NCBI GenBank assembly: GCA_963816135.1
Contig: CAWFJD010000008.1
Location: forward strand, 17,173 to 81,172
Source: an uncultured Chloroflexia bacterium
GTDB lineage: Bacteria > Chloroflexota > Limnocylindria > Limnocylindrales > CSP1-4
DNA: 64,000 nucleotides
Direction: 5' to 3'
The translations under genes were made by a program, and so were the position numbers. The notes beneath the pieces are model-generated. The model was not told the DNA's origin. It did no database searches and saw only the letters and a list, made by a program, of their open reading frames with translations. This document shows, one piece after another, positions 1-13,284 of this stretch (positions are counted from its first letter, which is position 1; every line of letters begins with the position of its first letter).

Positions 1-1738
1 TGGGATAGACGATTCCGTGGACACCCGACGCTTCGGCGGTCCGCAGCAGGGAGCCGAAGTTCTGGGGGTCCTCGAGCGAGTCGAGGACCAGGACGAAGGG
101 CGGTTCGCCACGCTCGATCGCCCGGGCGAGCAGATCGTCGATGCCGGCGAACGACCGCTTGTCCGTCACTAGAGCGATGCCCTGATGGCCGTCGAAGCCG
201 GCGAGCGACGTCAACGTCCCGCCCTCGACCTCGAGGATCGGGATGCGGAGGTTGGTCGCATGCAGAACGAGTTTCTCCAATGCCTGACGGCGCTGTGGCA
301 CGACCAGGAGCCGAACAGCCTTGCGGCGGGCGATGAACGCCTCTTCGACCGGATGGCGTCCGGCGACGAGCTCTTCGTTCTCGCCCATGTAGTCGGCCGG
401 ATTGACGGTTGACTCATGGAAGCGCGACGGCATCGGGGGCTCACGGAACGGCCGGGCCGCAAACGGCGGAGGGGCGAACGGCCGGGGACTCCGGAAGGGC
501 GGGCGATCCGCGCCGGGTCCACGGGGGCGAGCGGATCGTCCGGCCTCGTCTACCGCCGACTCCTGGTCCACCGTGGACTCGAGATCCTCGGATTGCGCCT
601 CGTCGGCATCGGCGAGACGGGCTTCGTCAAGCTCTTCCGGAGGCGCCTGGTCGAAATTGCGATCCGGCGCCTGCTCCGCGTCGGCCGGGCCGAACTCTCT
701 CCGGGGGGCATCGAACCCGGGCCTGGGAAACGGCCGGGGACCTCGATCATCGAAAGGCCGCGGGCGAGATCCTCCGAAGCCACCCGGGCCGCGCTCGGGC
801 CGATCGCCCTGCGGACGGAACGGGGGACGCGGAGACCAGCCAGGGGCCGGCTGCCACTCGCGTCGGGGGCCGCGAGGAGCGTCCTCACCGGCCGCGGACG
901 GGAAACCCCGATCGCGATCCGCGGGTCGAGGTCCACGCGGACCCTGAGGCCCGCCGAAGCCGAATCCCGCGCGCCCGCCGGGCGCGCGTTCGCCGCCCTC
1001 TCGACGGAATGGAGCGCGCTCTCCGGTCTCACTCCGCTCCTGCGATGGGCCCGCGGACGGACCCGGGCCGAACGATGGTCGGGCGAACCTGCCCGGGCCG
1101 TGCGCGTGGCCTGGCCCGTGACCCGGATTAGGTCGGGCGTCGTGCTGGCGCGGACGATCCTCGTACTGCGGTCGGGGGCGATCATCGCCGAACTGGGGCC
1201 GCGGACGATCTTCACCGAACGGCGGCCGCGGACGATCTTCGCCGAACGGCGGCCGCGGACGATCTTCACCGAACGGCGGCCGCGGACGATCCTGGCCAAA
1301 CGGAGGCCGCGGGCCGCCGGGCCCGGGACGTCCTCGTCCGAATCCATGCTGACTCTGGCCGAAGCTCGGCCGTCCCTGGCCGTAGCTCGGCCTTTCTCCC
1401 TGGGACGGATACGGGCGGCCGGCCGATCTCGGTCCTTCGCCGCCCGGGCCGCGGCCGAAGCCCTCGCCCGACTGGCCGGGTCCCCGGAACTCGTTGCCGG
1501 GCCGGTTCTCGTTGTCGTACGGGCGCGGCTCACGCCACTGACCTTGCGCCGGTCCTCGCCCCGGCCCGCCCGGTCCACGCCCCGGCCCGCCGGATCCGCC
1601 AAATCCGCCCGGGCCGCCCGGTCCGCGTCCGCCGGGTCGTCCGGCTCCGCGGAAGGACCCTCCGCGACCCTGGCCGGGCCGCGGCCCCGAACCGCGATTG
1701 AAGCCACCGCCGCCGTGCCTGTCGTGATGATCTGCCAA
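1..1738 (-). CDS. rlmB: 23S rRNA Gm2251 2'-O-methyltransferase RlmB with long low-complexity N-terminal extension (3' end outside window)
   Basis: Manual minus-strand translation gives EELVAGRHPVEEA...FDGHQGIALV...FVLVLDSLEDPQNFGSLLRTAEASGVHG (SpoU motif 1). The frame appears open up to a TTG at 1738 (MADHHDRHGGGGFNRG). Lies downstream of cysS as in the conserved cluster. Start is uncertain. Confidence 0.88.
   Translation of the reverse strand, partial: MADHHDRHGGGGFNRGSGPRPGQGRGGSFRGAGRPGGRGPGGPGGFGGSGGPGRGPGGPGRGPAQGQWREPRPYDNENRPGNEFRGPGQSGEGFGRGPGGEGPRSAGRPYPSQGERPSYGQGRPSFGQSQHGFGRGRPGPGGPRPPFGQDRPRPPFGEDRPRPPFGEDRPRPPFGEDRPRPQFGDDRPRPQYEDRPRQHDARPNPGHGPGHAHGPGRFARPSFGPGPSAGPSQERSETGERAPFRREGGERAPGGRAGFGFGGPQGPRGPRPADRDRGFPSAAGEDAPRGPRREWQPAPGWSPRPPFRPQGDRPERGPGGFGGSRPRPFDDRGPRPFPRPGFDAPRREFGPADAEQAPDRNFDQAPPEELDEARLADADEAQSEDLESTVDQESAVDEAGRSARPRGPGADRPPFRSPRPFAPPPFAARPFREPPMPSRFHESTVNPADYMGENEELVAGRHPVEEAFIARRKAVRLLVVPQRRQALEKLVLHATNLRIPILEVEGGTLTSLAGFDGHQGIALVTDKRSFAGIDDLLARAIERGEPPFVLVLDSLEDPQNFGSLLRTAEASGVHGIVYP
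1201..1308. repeat. Four tandem 27-bp units (gcggacgatcttcaccgaacggcggcc) encoding RPPFGEDRP-type repeats in the RlmB extension
   Basis: Units begin at 1201, 1228, 1255 and 1282; the last is degenerate. Confidence 0.9.
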
Positions 1739-1837
1739 TTCGAATTCCAATCGTGATGAGGCGGCCGTTGCCAGCCGCGGGGGTGAGTGAATCGATAGTT
1801 GCCCCAGCCAGGGGCTGGGCGCCCGATCAGATCCTTG

Positions 1838-3235
1838 TCAGTCGGTGCGCCGCCATCGCTGTCCGTCGCGTGTGTCTTCAACTAGGATGCCCCGCTCGGC
1901 AAGTGCCACGCGAAGCCGGTCGGACGCGCCCCAATCGCGGGCGGTTCTGGCCGCGGCCCTCTCGTCCAGCAGCTTCTGCTGGTCAGGGTCGAGCTCGGCT
2001 TCAGCCTGAGGGGCGATCGCCAGGACGCGGTCCAGGTCACGGATGAAGGCCGTGGTTCGCTCCGCGTCTCCGCTCGAGATCACTCGGGCGTCGAGCCGGC
2101 GGTTCACGTCACGTACCAGCTCGAAGAGGGCCCCGAGGGCCGGCGAGATGTTGAGGTCGTCGTCGAGCGCCGCCTCGAAGGCGCCCCGCGTGCTATCGAG
2201 TTGGGCCGTCAGCGCCGGATCGTCCGGGCAGTCGTTGCGGTAGGCAGCCAGCGCGACCATCAGGGCGTCGAGACGCTCGATCGCCGAGCCGGCCGCCTGG
2301 AGCGAATCCTCACCGAAGGAAAGAGGCGCGCGGTAATGCGCGGAGATGAGCGCCAGTCGAAGCGCTCGGCGCGAAACGCCCCGAGCGACGATCTCCTCGA
2401 CGCGCTCGATGTTGCCCGTGGACTTGGCCATCTTCTGGCCGCCCATCTGGAGGAAGGCATTGTGGAGCCAGAAGTTCACGAACCTCTGGCCGGTCGCCGC
2501 TTCGCTCTGGGCGATCTCGTCGGTGTGGTGCGGGAAGATCAGGTCCACGCCGCCAGTGTGGATGTCGAACGACTGGCCGAGGTACCGCATGCTCATCGCC
2601 GAGCATTCGATGTGCCAGCCGGGCCGGCCGGGTCCGATGGCGGTGTCCCAGCTGGGCTCGCCCGGCTTGGGGCCCTTCCACAGGGCGAAGTCGCGGACGT
2701 CGTCCTTGCTGTACTCGTCCGACTCGACGCGATCGCCCACGCGCATTCCTTCCGGATCGATGCGAGCGAGGCGGCCGTATTCGGGCCAGGAAGCGATTCG
2801 GAAGAAGATCGAGCCCTCATCCGTGCGGTATGCGTGGCCCTTGTCCAGGAGGGTCTGAATCAGCGAGACCATCTGCGGGATGTTCTCGGTGGCGCGGGGC
2901 ATCACGTCCGGCAGCTGGACGCCCAGGGTCTCCATGTCGCCAAGGAACACCTTTCCGTACCGAGTCGAGATCTCCGAGATGTCGACGCCTTCCTGATTGG
3001 CCCTCTTGATGATCTTGTCGTCCACGTCGGTCACGTTCATGACCCAGGTGACCTTGTAGCCGCGGTAGCGCAGGTAGCGGACGAGCAGGTCGTCGAACGC
3101 GATGGCCCGGAAGTTGCCCACATGCGCGGGGCCGTAGACGGTAGGGCCGCAGCTGTAGACGCGGACGTGGCCCGGTTCGATCGGCTCGAAGTCGCGGACG
3201 GCGCCGGCCATCGTGTCGAACAAGCGGATGGTCAT
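1838..3235 (-). CDS. cysS: Cysteine--tRNA ligase
   Basis: YSCGPTVYGPAHVGN (HIGH), GRPGWHIECSAM, DIHTGGVDLIFPHH, KMAKS; start MTIRLFDT at 3235. Confidence 0.97.
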   Translation of the reverse strand: MTIRLFDTMAGAVRDFEPIEPGHVRVYSCGPTVYGPAHVGNFRAIAFDDLLVRYLRYRGYKVTWVMNVTDVDDKIIKRANQEGVDISEISTRYGKVFLGDMETLGVQLPDVMPRATENIPQMVSLIQTLLDKGHAYRTDEGSIFFRIASWPEYGRLARIDPEGMRVGDRVESDEYSKDDVRDFALWKGPKPGEPSWDTAIGPGRPGWHIECSAMSMRYLGQSFDIHTGGVDLIFPHHTDEIAQSEAATGQRFVNFWLHNAFLQMGGQKMAKSTGNIERVEEIVARGVSRRALRLALISAHYRAPLSFGEDSLQAAGSAIERLDALMVALAAYRNDCPDDPALTAQLDSTRGAFEAALDDDLNISPALGALFELVRDVNRRLDARVISSGDAERTTAFIRDLDRVLAIAPQAEAELDPDQQKLLDERAAARTARDWGASDRLRVALAERGILVEDTRDGQRWRRTD

Positions 3236-3236
3236 C

Positions 3237-4505
3237 TCATGCGCTCCCCTGCCCTGCCGGCACCCGGACGAGGAAGGCAACGGCGACAGCCGAGATCGAT
3301 CGGCCCGCTCCTTCGCTGCCGGCAAGGTTGCCGGTCGAGGCTTTGACATTGACGGCGGACGTCTCGATGCCGATCGTCCGCGCTATCGCGAGCTCCATCT
3401 GCGGGAGAAGCCCGGCGAGCTTCGGCCGAGCGGCGGTGATCGTGAGATCCACGCCGGTCACCTGCCAGCCGTGCTCGCGGACCTGGTCCACGACGCCCCG
3501 CAACAGCTCGCCGCTGGCGACGCCGCGAGGGGTGCGCCGGTCGGCAGGAAACAGCCGGCCGAGATCCCCAAGGCCGGCGGCTCCGAGAAGCGCATCGGCC
3601 ACGGCGTGCAGGGCCGCGTCGCCGTCGGAATGGCCCAGAAGCGCGGGCGCGTCGTCGATGCGGACTCCGCCGAGCATGAGCGGCCGGCCCGGGCCGAACG
3701 AATGTCCGTCCACCCCAACGCCGACGCTAACTCCGGGCAGGGCAGCGGCCGAGGAGCTCGCCACTTCGCGGGTGTCGAGCAAGACCCGAGCCCGTTCCAG
3801 ATCCGCGGGCACGGTCACTTTGAGGTTGGTTGCTTCGCCGGGGATCGCATGAACCGGGATTCTACAGGCCTCGAGCAGCGACGCCTCATCGGTCCACGTT
3901 TCGGGTCCGTCCGCGGGAAACTCGCGATAGGCCTGTTCGATGAGGCTGAGCCGGACGCCCTGGGGCGTCTGGGCGGTCACCACGTCCGTCCGATCGACGG
4001 TTTCGCCTACGCTGTCGCCCACCAACCGCTTGAGCGTCTCGGGAACCGGGAGAACCGGAATGGCGGCCCCGTAGGTCGCGGCTGCGCTCGCCACCGCGCG
4101 AACCAGTGCCGGGCTCACGAGTGGCCGCGCGGCGTCATGGACGAGGACGACGGGATCGAACCGACCGCCCAAGCCAGCCCCGCCGGCCGCGGCCTTGACC
4201 GCGGCCTTGACCGCGTCGATGCCCTTGGCCACCGATTCCTGCCGTCTCGCGCCGCCGCACACGACTGCGCAGCTTGCTCCAGCCGGCCAATCGGCCCCGG
4301 CCAGACGGTCGAGACGTTCGGCCGCCGTCACGATCACGATGTCCGAGACTCCCGCCGCCGCAAGTGCCTCGACGGAGCGGCTGAGAACGGTCTTGCCGCC
4401 CAGTACGGCCTCGAGCTTGTCGTGGCCGCGCATCCGGCTGCTCGAGCCGGCCGCGACGACTACGCCGAGGATTCGGCGGTTCCTCCGTAGCCTCATTGCC
4501 TCCAA
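3237..4505 (-). CDS. ispDF: Bifunctional IspD/IspF (MEP cytidylyltransferase / MEcPP synthase)
   Basis: IspD motifs AAGSSSRM, RQESV, VHDAARP, QTPQ, NLKVT; IspF motifs GVDGH, GHSDGDAALHAVADALLGA, VNVKA. Confidence 0.95.
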   Translation of the reverse strand: MEAMRLRRNRRILGVVVAAGSSSRMRGHDKLEAVLGGKTVLSRSVEALAAAGVSDIVIVTAAERLDRLAGADWPAGASCAVVCGGARRQESVAKGIDAVKAAVKAAAGGAGLGGRFDPVVLVHDAARPLVSPALVRAVASAAATYGAAIPVLPVPETLKRLVGDSVGETVDRTDVVTAQTPQGVRLSLIEQAYREFPADGPETWTDEASLLEACRIPVHAIPGEATNLKVTVPADLERARVLLDTREVASSSAAALPGVSVGVGVDGHSFGPGRPLMLGGVRIDDAPALLGHSDGDAALHAVADALLGAAGLGDLGRLFPADRRTPRGVASGELLRGVVDQVREHGWQVTGVDLTITAARPKLAGLLPQMELAIARTIGIETSAVNVKASTGNLAGSEGAGRSISAVAVAFLVRVPAGQGSA

Positions 4506-4508
4506 CGC

Positions 4509-5567
4509 TCACTCGGGCTTGACCTGGGCGAAGACCATCCGGCCCATCACGGTCTGGAGCACGCGAGTAACCATCACATCCAGCTCATGCCCAACCAGGC
4601 GCGAGCCGCCCTCGATGACGACCATCGTCCCGTCGTCCAGATAGCCGACGCCCTGACCCGCCTCTTTGCCCTCCGTGAGGACCTTGATCTTGAGGGAGTC
4701 GCCGGGCAGTAGAGCCGGTTTCAGCGCATTCGCGAGCGAGTTGATGTTGAGCACCCTTATCGACTGCAGGTCGGCGACCTTGTTCAGGTTGAAGTCGTTG
4801 GTCAGGATCGCGGCGTTGCGGATACGGGCCAGTGAGACGAGCTTGCCGTCCACGTCCGGAGCGTCGGTCGGATCGTCCGTGACGATCTCCACCGGTGTCG
4901 GACCTTCCTTCTGGAGGCGAGCCAGGATCTCCAGGCCGCGCCGGCCGCGGCCCCGTCGCTGCGCGTCCGAGCTGTCGGCGATCTTCTGCAGCTCCTCGAG
5001 AACGAAGCGCGGAATCAGGAGCCTGTGATACAGGAATCCCGAGTCCACGATGTCGGCGATGCGCCCGTCGATGATCGCGCTCGTATCCACGACGACCTCG
5101 GTCTCGGCGGACCTGGTTACGACCGACTGCGCTTCCACGTTTCGAACGATGCCCGCGGCCTGTGCCGCGGCCACCAGATCCTCTCTCTTGGCGAGCGTCA
5201 GCCCGACCATGCCGAGCCCGAAGAAGATCGAGACGCCGATCGGGAGATAGCTCCCGTACGGCTGCGGCAGTGCGGCCAGAGGCAAACCCAGCAGGACCGC
5301 GATCAGCAGGCCGACGACGAGCCCAGCCAGGATGGCCAGGAAGTCCGCGGTGGACATTGCCCGGACCTCGTGGATGAGCTTGTTCGCCGGGACCACCGTC
5401 AAATAAGGCAGCAGGACGTAGCCGACGAGGATCCAGGCGGCGATCCAGATGAGGACCAGCATGGCCGTGGCGCCGGTGCGGTCGAACAAGGATGCCTGGG
5501 ACAGCACGAATCCCAGGCCGATGAGAGCACCCAATGCGGCGCCCAGCAGGCGGATGAGTCGAATCAC
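4509..5567 (-). CDS. Membrane-anchored PIN/TRAM domain protein (YacL family)
   Basis: N-terminal TM helices, VDTSAIIDGRI, RGRRGLEIL, TNDFNLNKVA, GQGVGYLDDGTMVV. Confidence 0.93.
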   Translation of the reverse strand: MIRLIRLLGAALGALIGLGFVLSQASLFDRTGATAMLVLIWIAAWILVGYVLLPYLTVVPANKLIHEVRAMSTADFLAILAGLVVGLLIAVLLGLPLAALPQPYGSYLPIGVSIFFGLGMVGLTLAKREDLVAAAQAAGIVRNVEAQSVVTRSAETEVVVDTSAIIDGRIADIVDSGFLYHRLLIPRFVLEELQKIADSSDAQRRGRGRRGLEILARLQKEGPTPVEIVTDDPTDAPDVDGKLVSLARIRNAAILTNDFNLNKVADLQSIRVLNINSLANALKPALLPGDSLKIKVLTEGKEAGQGVGYLDDGTMVVIEGGSRLVGHELDVMVTRVLQTVMGRMVFAQVKPE

Positions 5568-5637
5568 GGATGAATGCCTTGCCGCGAGGGAGGATGAATC
5601 CGAGATGAGTCCGGGGTACGGCCTCGCAGCGTGCAGC

Positions 5638-7114
5638 CTAGCATCGAGGCGGCGGCGTCGCTACGGCGTGACACCCTCGAGGGTCACGAGCGGCTCTGGA
5701 TCGGGCGGTCGGAGCGGCTGCGGCACGCGTGAATACCAGGGCGATCGCCTCGCGCAGATTGCCGGCGGCCAGGGTCTCCAGCCCGGCCACGACGGGCACG
5801 TCGCCGCGGCGCGAGCGAGGCACGACCGCCGACTCGAAAGCCGAGCCGGGCGGCCTCGCGAAGCCGTCGCTCCAGGCCCGCGACGGGCCGGACTTCGCCG
5901 AGGAGGCCCACCTCGCCGATGGCTATGAGATCCGCCGGCACGATGCGATCGCGCAACGATGAGGCGAGCGCGATGGCGAGCGGCAGGTCCAGACCCGGGT
6001 CGGCGAGATCCAGCCCGCCGGCCAGGTTCGCGTAGACGTCGTGGCTTCCGAGCCCGATGCCGGCCCGCCGCCCCAGGACCGCGACCAGGAGGGACAGCCG
6101 GTTGGAGTCCATGCCGAGGGCCGTCCGGCGAGGAGTCCCGTAGCCGCCGGGAGCGACGAGGGCCTGGACCTCCACGAGCAGGGGCCGCGTTCCTTCGAGA
6201 GTGGCGCCGGTGACACTGCCGGGGGCGTGCTCCTCGGTGGCCGGCAGGAAGGCGCGGCCCTGGATCGGAGACCTCGGCCAGGCCCCGCTCCGCCATCTCG
6301 AAGACGCCCACTTCCTCGGTGGATCCGAAGCGATTCTTGGCGGCCCGGAGCAGCCTCATCGCGGAGGTTCGCTCGCCCTCGAGATTGAGGACGGCGTCGA
6401 CGAGATGCTCCAGGGTCTTGGGCCCGGCGAGCGTGCCGTCTTTGGTCACGTGGCCGACGAGCACGGTCGCGATCCCCTCCTGCTTGGCGAGCTCCATCAG
6501 GCGCGTGGCGCATTCCCGGACCTGGCCTACGCTGCCCGCCGGTCCGTCGAGATCGTCCGAGGTCATCGTCTGGATCGAGTCGATCGACCAGGAGACAGGG
6601 CCGCAGTTCGCGAGCGAGCTCCGCGATGTGGCCGACTTCGCTCGCCGCCACCACGTGGATCAACTCGGCCGCGCGACCCTCCAGCAGGCCCAAGCCGTCC
6701 GGCTCTGAGCCGAACCTGGGCCGCGGACTCCTCGCCCGTCGCGTAGAGCACCGGGGCTTTGGCGCCCGACGCGAGCGCGGAGGCTACCTGGAGCAGCAGC
6801 GTCGACTTGCCGATGCCGGGCTCGCCGCCTACGAGGACGATCGAACCCGGAACGAGGCCGCCGCCAAGGACGCGGTCGACCTCGCCGATCGTCGTCGGCG
6901 TTCGGACCGTGTCCGTCTCGCGGAGCTTGCTCAGCGGCTGCGGCCGGGCGCCCGTTGCCGCGCCGGCATGCGAGCCTGACGCTTTGGCGTCGGACGGCCG
7001 AACGACCGTCTCTACGAGGGTGTTCCAGGCCGCGCAGGTGCGGCACTGGCCCTCCCAACGGAGATGCTCAGCACCGCACGACTGGCAGATGTACCTGCTC
7101 TGGGAGCGCGCCAC
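5638..7114 (-). CDS. radA: DNA repair protein RadA/Sms (split by several indels)
   Basis: YICQSCG...WEGQCRTC zinc finger, [40 protein letters not shown] spread over four ORF pieces. Confidence 0.93.
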
Positions 7115-7131
7115 CCCTCCGACCCGGCTTC

Positions 7132-9617
<2,486 letters not shown>

Positions 9618-9806
9618 GAACGTCCGCTTGTCTTCTGGCGCTCAAAGGCGACCTTGAGGGCATGCTAGCACGCCCTGCTTACCGTGTAACTCGCCCCCAA
9701 AGGGGAGGGTATATCGGCCCGAGACATGGTCCGCGGGACCTACCCGGACAGTTGGCAGAATGCGAGAAATCCGCGACACGGGGTGAATGTAGTTGTTCGA
9801 GGGTGA

Positions 9807-9837
9807 CAACGACCCGCCGGATCCCGGCGGGTCGTTG
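9807..9837. terminator. 14-bp perfect hairpin downstream of rpsA, possible terminator
   Basis: caacgacccgccgg-atc-ccggcgggtcgttg; only a weak U-tract. Confidence 0.55.
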
Positions 9838-9911
9838 CACGTTTGTACATAAGTTGTACGCGTGAGCGGCCTATACGGATCTCCCGTACCGCGGCGTGAG
9901 GCCGGCCGGGC

Positions 9912-11847
9912 TTATTCGGCCGGAGCCTCCGACTCAGGTTCCTTGGGGGCTTCGGTCGGAGTCATTCGGCGGAGCTTCGGCCGGAGCCTCGGCTGCCTCG
10001 GCACGGCGCTTCGGCCGCGGCGTCTGCCACAGCTTCGGGCTCTGCCTCGGGCTCGGCTACGGTCTCGGCTACGGCTCGGCCGCGGCGGCTTCGGGTTCGG
10101 CTTGCGTCGCTTGTTCGGCGACGGCCGCCGGTTCGACTTCGGCTGAGGCCGGTGCCTCCTCCGGAGCCGGCGCTTCGCTCTCGGCATCGGCCTTCTTGGC
10201 ACGAGGCTTCTTGACGGGGGCTTCCGCCTCGACCGCTTCCGGAGCGGGTGCAGGGTCGCCGGCAGCTCGCGCTTCCGACTCCGCCACCTGAGCCCGGATC
10301 TGGGCGAAGGCAGATGCGAGGGTGTTGTCGATGCCGCCTTCGGGTTCCTGGACGGCATCCGACATCGAATAGCCACGCTCAGGTCGAGGGCGGCGTTCCG
10401 GACGGGGCCCGCTGCTCGGAGCGGAGCTCGGAGCAGAGGTCGCGGCGACGGGAGCGGGGGCCACGGGCTCCGGGCGAGCCGGCGGCTCCTCGGCCTGCTT
10501 GAGGCTGAGGCCGAGTCGATGCCGCTCGGAATCCAGGCTGATGATCTTGAGCTTGAGCGTCTGGCCCTCGTGGACGACGTCGCCCGGATGGGCCACGCGC
10601 TGATGGGACAGCTCGCTGATGTGGATCAGGCCCTCGAGGCCGTCGCGCACTCGCACGAAGGCGCCGAAGTTGACGAGCTTGGTGACCGTGCCGTCGATCA
10701 CGTCACCGACCTTGAAGTCGGCAACGGTGCTGTGCCACGGATCCGGCTGCAGCTTGCGAATGGACAGGCTGATGCGGCCGCGCTCGTGGTTGATGTCGAT
10801 GACTTCGGCCTCGACCGAGTCGCCGACCTTATACCCGGACTCGGGGTTGTTGACCTTGTTCCACGAGAGCTCGCTCTTGTGGACGAGGCCATCGATCCCG
10901 CCGAGATCGATGAAGACGCCGAAGGGAGCGATCGAGCGGACGGTTCCGCTGACCTTCTGGCCGACCTGCAGGCTGCTGAAGAGCTCGTCCCGCTTCTCGC
11001 GGCGCTCCTCGTAGAGGGCAACCTTCTCCGAGAGGATGAGTCGGTTGGCCTTGCGGTTGACCTCGAGGATCTTGAGGCGAAGCTTCCGGCCGACGTACGG
11101 CTGAAGCTTCTCCGCGATCTCCTGCGCGGCGTCACGCGGCTGATCGTTCTGCGGGCGGCGCGGGAAGTCCACGATCTGGCTGATCGGGACGAAACCGCGG
11201 ATGCCGCAGTCGACGATGAGGCCGCCCTTGTTGTGGTCGATGACCGGGGCATCGATGATCGCGCCCGCCTCGAACTGCTCCTGCATGGCGCGCCACTTGC
11301 GCTCCAGGCCGGCGCGGCGGAGCGACAGGACGGCGTGGCCTTCCTGTGACTCCGGCTGCAGAACGTAGACGAGGACGACATCGCCAATTGCCAGGGCCGG
11401 CGCCGATTCGGCGTGTCGACCGTAGAGCTCGCGGTTGGAAACCACGCCTTCACTCTTGGCCCCGATGTCCACCAGGATCTCGTCGCGATCGATGCGGACA
11501 ACGGTGCCTTCGACGACGTCACCGTGCTTGAAGCTCCGGATGTCGGCGTCCTGCTCGGCGAGGAGCTCTTCCATCGTCGAGGGCTCTGGTCGGGGCGCGG
11601 CCACGGGCGCGGGGGCCTCTTCGGGCTCCTCCGCCGCGGGGGCATCGACGACCTCGGCTTCGGTGACCGCAGTCGGCTCGAAGGCGGCCGGGGCGGGCGG
11701 CTCGCTGATCTCTTCGACGGCGGCGGGTGTGGTCTCGGCGGGCTCGCCGGCGACAGCTACGCCAGCGGCTTGCTCGGACGCCTGGTCAGCGACAGAGGCC
11801 GTTGCCTCGGTCTCCGGCGTGGTCCCGCCCATCTGCTCTTCGGTCAA
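9912..11847 (-). CDS. rpsA: 30S ribosomal protein S1 (four S1 domains, acidic Ala/Glu/Pro-rich tails; the C-tail probably continues past an indel to 9912)
   Basis: GDVVEGTV..DIGAKSEG, RGFVPISQ, GGIDGLVHKSELSW, GLEGLIHISEL; AGGAGA RBS precedes TTG at 11847. Confidence 0.93.
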
Positions 11848-11876
11848 GATATGTCTCCTGTAATTCATAGGCCCGG

Positions 11877-11911
11877 AAAAGCAAAACGGCTCGAGCCATG
11901 CTCAAGCCGTT
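11877..11911 (-). terminator. Intrinsic terminator-like hairpin inside the rpsA 5' leader
   Basis: Minus strand AACGGCTTGAGC-ATG-GCTCGAGCCGTT followed by TTGCTTTT, about 30 nt upstream of the start codon. Confidence 0.55.
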
Positions 11912-12095
11912 GGTCGATCAGCAGTCCGGAGGCTTAATCCGCTCGGTCCACTCCTTCGATCAGGCTCGGTTGGCTCTTCACCTGTTCGCCCAAAGGGCCG
12001 GGTGAATCTAGCACACGGGCGTTACAAATCAACCTTGGACAAGGTGTATTGCCGCCAGCTCCTCGGGCATCGACCGTCGTTGGGCGCGAGCCCGG

Positions 12096-12290
12096 CTACC
12101 TTGGCAGCGCGGCGGGCGCCTGGGTCGCGCCGGGAGCGGAGCCACGACACTCACGATCTCGCCGCCGCGCATCCTTAATGACACGGTCGCAGGCCTGGCC
12201 GACTTCCTCGTCGTGCGTCACAAGCACCATCGTCTGACCGATCTCGCGATTGAGATCGCGAAACAGTCGAAGCACTTCCTGGTGCAGCGA
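12096..12290 (-). pseudogene. Remnant of the C-terminal part of a LolD/MacB-type ABC ATP-binding protein
   Basis: [35 protein letters not shown] (H-switch region) with no Walker A/B or signature motif upstream. Confidence 0.6.
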
Positions 12291-12385
12291 CCCTGGAACT
12301 GCTGCCGGCCTCCAACGACCATCGACGGGTCCTGGCGGTCCTCGCATTTCTGGATCGTTAGCGTTCGCGAACATACAATCGGGCC

Positions 12386-13268
12386 ATGCCCGAACTGCCG
12401 GACCTTGCCATCGTGGCGGACGCGTTCCACGCGTCCCTGACCGGTCGCTCGGTGCTGGCGGTCGAGGCGCCGGGTCCGCTCACCGTGCGCGGTACTCCCG
12501 TCGAGATGGACGGCCTCGTCGGCCAGCGGCTGGAGCGGTTCTGGCGGCGTGGGAAGTTCCTGTGGCTGCAATTCGAGCGGGATCGAGTCGCGATCAACGC
12601 GATGCTGACGGGCCGGCTCCAACTCGCCGCCTCGAGCAAAGTGAAGCGACCGGGCAAGACGATGTTCGTCATGCAGATTCGGGCCGAGGCAGGACGGTCC
12701 TCCTCCGGACGCCGCGTCCTGGACCGCCGGCGCCGCCTGGATCCCCTCGCCGGACTCCAACCCGGAGCTTCGATACCGCGACCAGACGCAGATGGGCAAG
12801 ATCTACCTGCTGCCCGCGGGAGTGGAGCGTGTCGTTCCCGGCGCCGCGGAATCGGAGATGGGGCCGGACGCGGACGATCCTCTATTGACGGCCGAGGTCT
12901 GGCGGACACGAATTCGCCGCCATCCGGGCGAGCTCAAGAACCTCCTGCGGAACCAGGAGTTCGTGGCCGGCATTGGGAACGCATATTCCGACGAGATAGT
13001 CCACGCCGCGCGGCTTCTGCCCTTCAGGAAACGAGGCACTCTCGCGCCCGAGGAGATAGACGAGTTGTTCCGGGCCACTCGCTCCGTTCTGGGGAACGCG
13101 GTCGACGTGCTCCGGCAGCGCGTGCCTCCCACATTCGAAACGGAGGTACGCGACTTCCTGGCCGTTCACAACAAGGGCGGGCAGGCATGTCCGCGCTGCG
13201 GTCAGCGAATCACGCAGACCGAAGCCGGAGGCTTCACGACGAGCTACTGCCGGCACTGCCAGCGGTAG
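12386..13268 (+). CDS. Fpg/Nei family DNA glycosylase (indel near 12700-12780)
   Basis: N-terminal [23 protein letters not shown] (H2TH), C-terminal CPRC...CRHCQ zinc finger. Confidence 0.9.
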
Positions 13269-13284
13269 CGAGTGGCCGCCCTGA

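Noticed and set aside
416-1881. Long ORFs 416..1756(+) and 550..1881(-), and similar antisense ORFs throughout
   Set aside because: Shadow frames of real genes in GC-rich DNA with no recognisable motifs.
9661-9692. CIRCE (HrcA) operator upstream of clpC
   Set aside because: Left half CTAGCACGC is similar but the right half and spacing do not match; better read as an extended -10 (TGCTAGCAT) on the minus strand.
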